Source of the DNA: Sedimentisphaerales bacterium | Lineage (GTDB): Bacteria > Planctomycetota > Phycisphaerae > Sedimentisphaerales > SM23-30 | Length of the DNA stretch: 64,000 nucleotides | Assembly (NCBI GenBank): GCA_963663965.2 | Contig: CAXXFK010000042.1 | Coordinates: forward strand, 1 to 64,000 | Reading direction: 5' to 3' | Shown: one piece after another, positions 60,291 to 64,000 of the stretch | Layout of the letters: the number at the start of each line of letters is the position of its first letter | Position numbering within the stretch: position 1 is the first letter of the stretch | The notes under the pieces: model-generated | Told to the model about the DNA's origin: nothing | Seen by the model: only the letters and a program-made list of their open reading frames with translations | Database searches by the model: none | Position numbers and translations under genes: made by a program

Positions 60291-62552
60291 ATGATGAGGC
60301 AAGCGCGTGTGGAGAGGTATCGTTTGGTATCAAAAGAGGCTGATGACTTATGGATTACCGGGCAAAAAGAAGCCTGTTTTGGATTGCTGGATGAGATGAT
60401 TGCCCTGGCCGAGGGAAATGGTGATGATGATTATCGATTATTCTTTGAATCGGAGAAATTGGGGTATCCGAAAAAAGATTTCGGTACTGCTCTGGAGTTA
60501 GTAAAACAGGCATTGGCATGGCAGGAGGAATATCTGGTTGAACCAGATTATTTTATCTTACGTGTGACCGGTTCTGTATATCTATCATTGGAAAATTATT
60601 CGGAAGCACTGAATTGTTATGAACGGGCACTGGCTGCGAATCCGAATGACTTTGGATCATGGTTCAATAAGAGTGTTATGTATTTGAGGCGGCAGGAACT
60701 TGATCGTTGTCTCGAATGTTGTGAACATGCGGAAAAGCTGGATTCCCAGGATGACCGGGACTGGCGAAATCTGGGTGGTATCTTTTTCCGAGCCGGACAA
60801 ATAGAGCGGTCTTTAACGTGTTGCAATCGGGCACTGGCGATGAACAGTGATCGCGCATTGAACTGGCGGGAAAAAGGGGCAATCTTACTGCAAAGCGGCC
60901 GGTTTGACGAGGCGATAGAGGCGTTAAACGGGGCGCTGGCCCTGGATAAGGAAGATTATCAGTCCTGGCGCTGCAAAGGCGTTTGTCTGATACACCAGAG
61001 GAAGTTCGCAGAAGCGCTGGCATGTTTAAACCAATCGTTGTCGATCAACGATGGCGATTTTATGGTCTGGAAAGATAAGGGTTGGGTATTGGGGCAACTG
61101 CGGCAACTCCGGGAAGCGCGGTTCTGTTTTGAAAAGACGGTGGCGCTTAATCCGAATGACTCAGAGAGTTTCAGTGAACTGGGCAAATTATCCTCGGCGC
61201 TGGGTGAGGGGGCAAAGGCGCTGGATTATTTTGACCGGGCGCTGGCAATCGATGGCCAGTTTGGCTGGGGATGGCACTGGAAGGGGGTGACGCTGTCAGA
61301 CCTGGGGCGGCATGGAGAGGCGACAGGTTGTTTTGACAAGGCGTTGAGCTATGAGCCGAATTATCAAAGCTGGTATCGCAAAGGGATTTCGAGCCACCTG
61401 ATGGAACAGTTAGATGTCGCGGTTACGTGTTTCCGCAAGGCGCTGGAACAGGATGATCGAGACAGTTTATTGTGGTATTTTCTGGGAGCGTCGTTATCGA
61501 AACTGGACCGGGATGACGAGGCGGTCGATTGTTTTGACCGGTCGCTGGATCTGGACCGGATGAATTATCTGAGCTGGCAACTTAAAGGGATTGCCCTGGG
61601 TAAACTGGGGGAGTATGATGAAAGCGAACTGTGCCTGCGGGAAGCCGTGCGTCTGCAACCAACCAATGCCAACAGCCAGCGGGAACTGGGAGCAATCTTG
61701 ATCATTAAGAAGCAGTATACCCCGGCGATTGAGGTTTTACGCGGGGCGAAAGACCTGAATCCGCAGGATGCGATGATCTGGATCAATCTCGGGTTGGCTG
61801 TGGCGATGACTGATCGGCATCAGGAAGCGGTTGGGTATTTTGAAAAAGGGCTGGCCCTGAAGCCGGAACCGGCCGGCTGGGTATTGATGGCATTATCGCT
61901 GTTTCAACTGGATCAGGCGGAGCAGGCGCTGGGGTATTTGAAAAAGGCGCGGCAGTTTATGCCGGAGGATTACCGGATCTGGTATCTGTGCGGTTGTTTG
62001 CAGTCCCTTAACAGTCAGACTCGAAACGCGATATCCAGTTTCGAGACGGCATTGCAATGGGGTGAGTCGGATCATCGGATCTGGCGTGAACTGGGATTTC
62101 TGCTGCTGATGGAGACCCAATTGGAGCGGGCGGCGGCATGTCTGCACCGGGCGCTGGATCTGAATGATCAGGATCCGTTCTGCTGGATATATTGCGGGAT
62201 ATTGTATACCGCAGTGATTGTGGAGGGAGAACCGGTCGCTACCCGGGCCGATGAGCCGGTATCGGAAACGGACGCGATAGCATGCGCGGACCGGGCGCTG
62301 GCGCTGAATGATGGTGATTTTCGACTGTGGCATTTGAAAGGGGAGATTCTGATGGTGTTCGAGCAAGAAGAGGCGGCTGAGGCCTGTTATCACAAGGCGG
62401 GTGCATTGAATCCGGATTACGATATCTGGAAAGCGGCCGATGGCCGGCCTGAGGTTGATAAAATAGAGCGGTTAAAAATGGCCCTGAAAGGGATGCTGGC
62501 CGAGTTGAAAGAAAATCTCTGGTCGCTGGCGCGACACATTTTATCTCATTAA
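60291..62552 (+). CDS. Tetratricopeptide-repeat protein
   Basis: Many 34-aa W..KG..L..LG....A...F..AL...P repeats. Confidence 0.9.
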   Translation: MMRQARVERYRLVSKEADDLWITGQKEACFGLLDEMIALAEGNGDDDYRLFFESEKLGYPKKDFGTALELVKQALAWQEEYLVEPDYFILRVTGSVYLSLENYSEALNCYERALAANPNDFGSWFNKSVMYLRRQELDRCLECCEHAEKLDSQDDRDWRNLGGIFFRAGQIERSLTCCNRALAMNSDRALNWREKGAILLQSGRFDEAIEALNGALALDKEDYQSWRCKGVCLIHQRKFAEALACLNQSLSINDGDFMVWKDKGWVLGQLRQLREARFCFEKTVALNPNDSESFSELGKLSSALGEGAKALDYFDRALAIDGQFGWGWHWKGVTLSDLGRHGEATGCFDKALSYEPNYQSWYRKGISSHLMEQLDVAVTCFRKALEQDDRDSLLWYFLGASLSKLDRDDEAVDCFDRSLDLDRMNYLSWQLKGIALGKLGEYDESELCLREAVRLQPTNANSQRELGAILIIKKQYTPAIEVLRGAKDLNPQDAMIWINLGLAVAMTDRHQEAVGYFEKGLALKPEPAGWVLMALSLFQLDQAEQALGYLKKARQFMPEDYRIWYLCGCLQSLNSQTRNAISSFETALQWGESDHRIWRELGFLLLMETQLERAAACLHRALDLNDQDPFCWIYCGILYTAVIVEGEPVATRADEPVSETDAIACADRALALNDGDFRLWHLKGEILMVFEQEEAAEACYHKAGALNPDYDIWKAADGRPEVDKIERLKMALKGMLAELKENLWSLARHILSH

Positions 62553-62685
62553 TCGATGACGGGATAATCTGGTATCCGTAGAATCGCTGATGGCCAGGCC
62601 AGACTATAAAAAAATGCTTCAAGGTGGCACATTCCGGAGAGTTCTGCGCTCAAACTCAGATATACGGTGATTGATCAAAACGGGA

Positions 62686-63654
62686 TTACGGCAAGTAGAT
62701 GAAAAACTTTGATTTGCCGGTTGGAATATCTGAAATGTTGAAAAGGAGTGGACCGACTTGAGTGGGGAGGTCTGTTTCGATTATATTCACACCCAGTTGT
62801 TGCAGGGCTTGATATTTTTGCTCGATGGCCCGTGTGTTTAAGGATTGACCGGCAGAGAGCTCTTTATCGATATTTCTTGAGGTGCCTGCCATGCAGCAGG
62901 CACCTTTGGCATGGATCATTGGTATCAGATCCTTATCTGCCGGTGGGGTGTGGCCGACAAATGCGATGATATTGCGCCAGGGGATCCCGGTGATGTCGAA
63001 CTGATTAAACTTCTGGCGGTCAGGGATCATGACTTCCATCATGATATTTTTGTTCAACCGATAACATGTTCTGGCATCATCGAAGTTGTAGACGATGACC
63101 ATGACCCAGGCTTCGGCCTGGTGTTCTTCGATTTTTTTTACCCGGACTTCGACTGGGACATCCTTCTGGTCCAGAACCAGAATGGTCTTGCCCTTTGCCC
63201 AGGTAATGACTTCATCAAGGGTGGGGATCTGGAAATCCGTGATATTGCCATCCGAATCTTTCAGGCGCAATGCTTTCAATTGGGGCAAGGTCATCTCGGC
63301 AACCAGGCCCCGGCCGGTCGTGGTTCGATCCAGGGTGGGGTCATGGTGGACGACGATCGCACCTTCTTTGGTATAGCGGGGATCAGTTTCCATGATGGCG
63401 AAGGTATGCTGAAGCGTGTTTTCAAAGGTCTCGATGCAGTTTTCGGGAAAGTGTGGCCTGGCGCCGCCGCGATGGGCGCTGATTAAACACAGGGACTGGC
63501 TGGTGGGATTGAACAGTTCTTGCAAACCCTGTGGCGTATGGGTATCGATTAGAAACAATGGAGATGTTCTGGAAGGATCGGCTTGATCATTCCGGGTTGG
63601 TTGACAGCCGGATAGTATCAAAACCGTTACGAGTATGATCATTATTGGTTTCAT
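62686..63654 (-). CDS. Glycerophosphodiester phosphodiesterase (lipoprotein)
   Basis: ILSGC lipobox from ATG 63654; SAHRGG, PENC, METD, HHDPTLDRTT, IETD. Confidence 0.9.
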   Translation of the reverse strand: MKPIMIILVTVLILSGCQPTRNDQADPSRTSPLFLIDTHTPQGLQELFNPTSQSLCLISAHRGGARPHFPENCIETFENTLQHTFAIMETDPRYTKEGAIVVHHDPTLDRTTTGRGLVAEMTLPQLKALRLKDSDGNITDFQIPTLDEVITWAKGKTILVLDQKDVPVEVRVKKIEEHQAEAWVMVIVYNFDDARTCYRLNKNIMMEVMIPDRQKFNQFDITGIPWRNIIAFVGHTPPADKDLIPMIHAKGACCMAGTSRNIDKELSAGQSLNTRAIEQKYQALQQLGVNIIETDLPTQVGPLLFNISDIPTGKSKFFIYLP

Positions 63655-63909
63655 AAATATTCCAGAGTCAATGTTGTTAAATATCCAAATATATTCGTAC
63701 TCTACATCGACATCCATATTATCGGAATAACGCTTATACCAGTCAAGATATTTAAGGGTCAAAAAACATTCAAGGCTGCAATGTGTCAGACCTTCTTCTG
63801 GATGAGGACATAAAAAACCGGGCTTTCGATGGAGATCGGAAAGCCCGGTTTTTTCTAATTTGCCAGGAAAACTATCCTGGTTTAATTCTCTAAGGTATCT
63901 AAAGGCCAT

Positions 63910-64000
63910 TTAGATGGTAAATTGGGAAACCAGTTCATGCAGGGTCTGGCTCATTCTGGAGAGTTCTACACTGGCAGTGGAGATTTTCCGGGTGTTCAGG
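63910..64000 (-). CDS. 3' end of a probable methyl-accepting chemotaxis protein; gene begins outside the window
   Basis: ...ISTASVELSRMSQTLHELVSQFTI* matches typical MCP C-termini. Confidence 0.6.
   Translation of the reverse strand, partial: LNTRKISTASVELSRMSQTLHELVSQFTI

Noticed and set aside
63655..63909. N-terminal extension of the GDPD ORF to 407 aa
   Set aside because: The lipoprotein signal starts at 63654; the extension looks like read-through of intergenic DNA.

Overview
Window from a bacterium that most resembles an anaerobic planctomycete (Phycisphaerae/Sedimentisphaerales-like). This is an inference from the dockerin-like C-termini, sulfatase, multi-module CAZymes and an rve-type IS. 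Four zones. (1) 1-11 kb and 31.8-44.1 kb: pectin/hemicellulose utilisation genes (three GH28 fusion proteins, GH105, PL1, GH39, GH43, a six-hairpin glycosidase, a TIM-barrel isomerase, plus yciH and an NtrC-type regulator). (2) 11.0-15.8 kb: IS pile-up, with an IS1634 nested in an rve-integrase element, an orphan element end, an IS1182 stub and truncated genes. (3) About 15.8-31.7 kb: a decayed integrative island ending in a tRNA-3'-like att remnant. Its minus-strand backbone of micro-genes (duplicated two-gene module, hairpin leaders, frameshifted radC) is interleaved with cargo (dockerin metalloprotease, dinB, a 1874-aa Gly-rich clostripain). (4) 44.3-51.1 kb, the most unusual region: an uncharacterised 'RRNAQKSTGP' gene beside a split array of seven ~285-320 bp hairpin-packed non-coding units with alternating REP-like cargo. 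The array encloses a 5'-truncated Rhs toxin/immunity module whose core carries three small inserts; removing them restores the frame. The remainder holds a GH172 + SSS transporter pair bracketed by two MITEs, an amidohydrolase, a GNAT, a TPR protein, a GDPD and the end of an MCP. No rRNA, intact tRNA or CRISPR-Cas was seen. All family calls come from motif recognition by eye, not from database searches.
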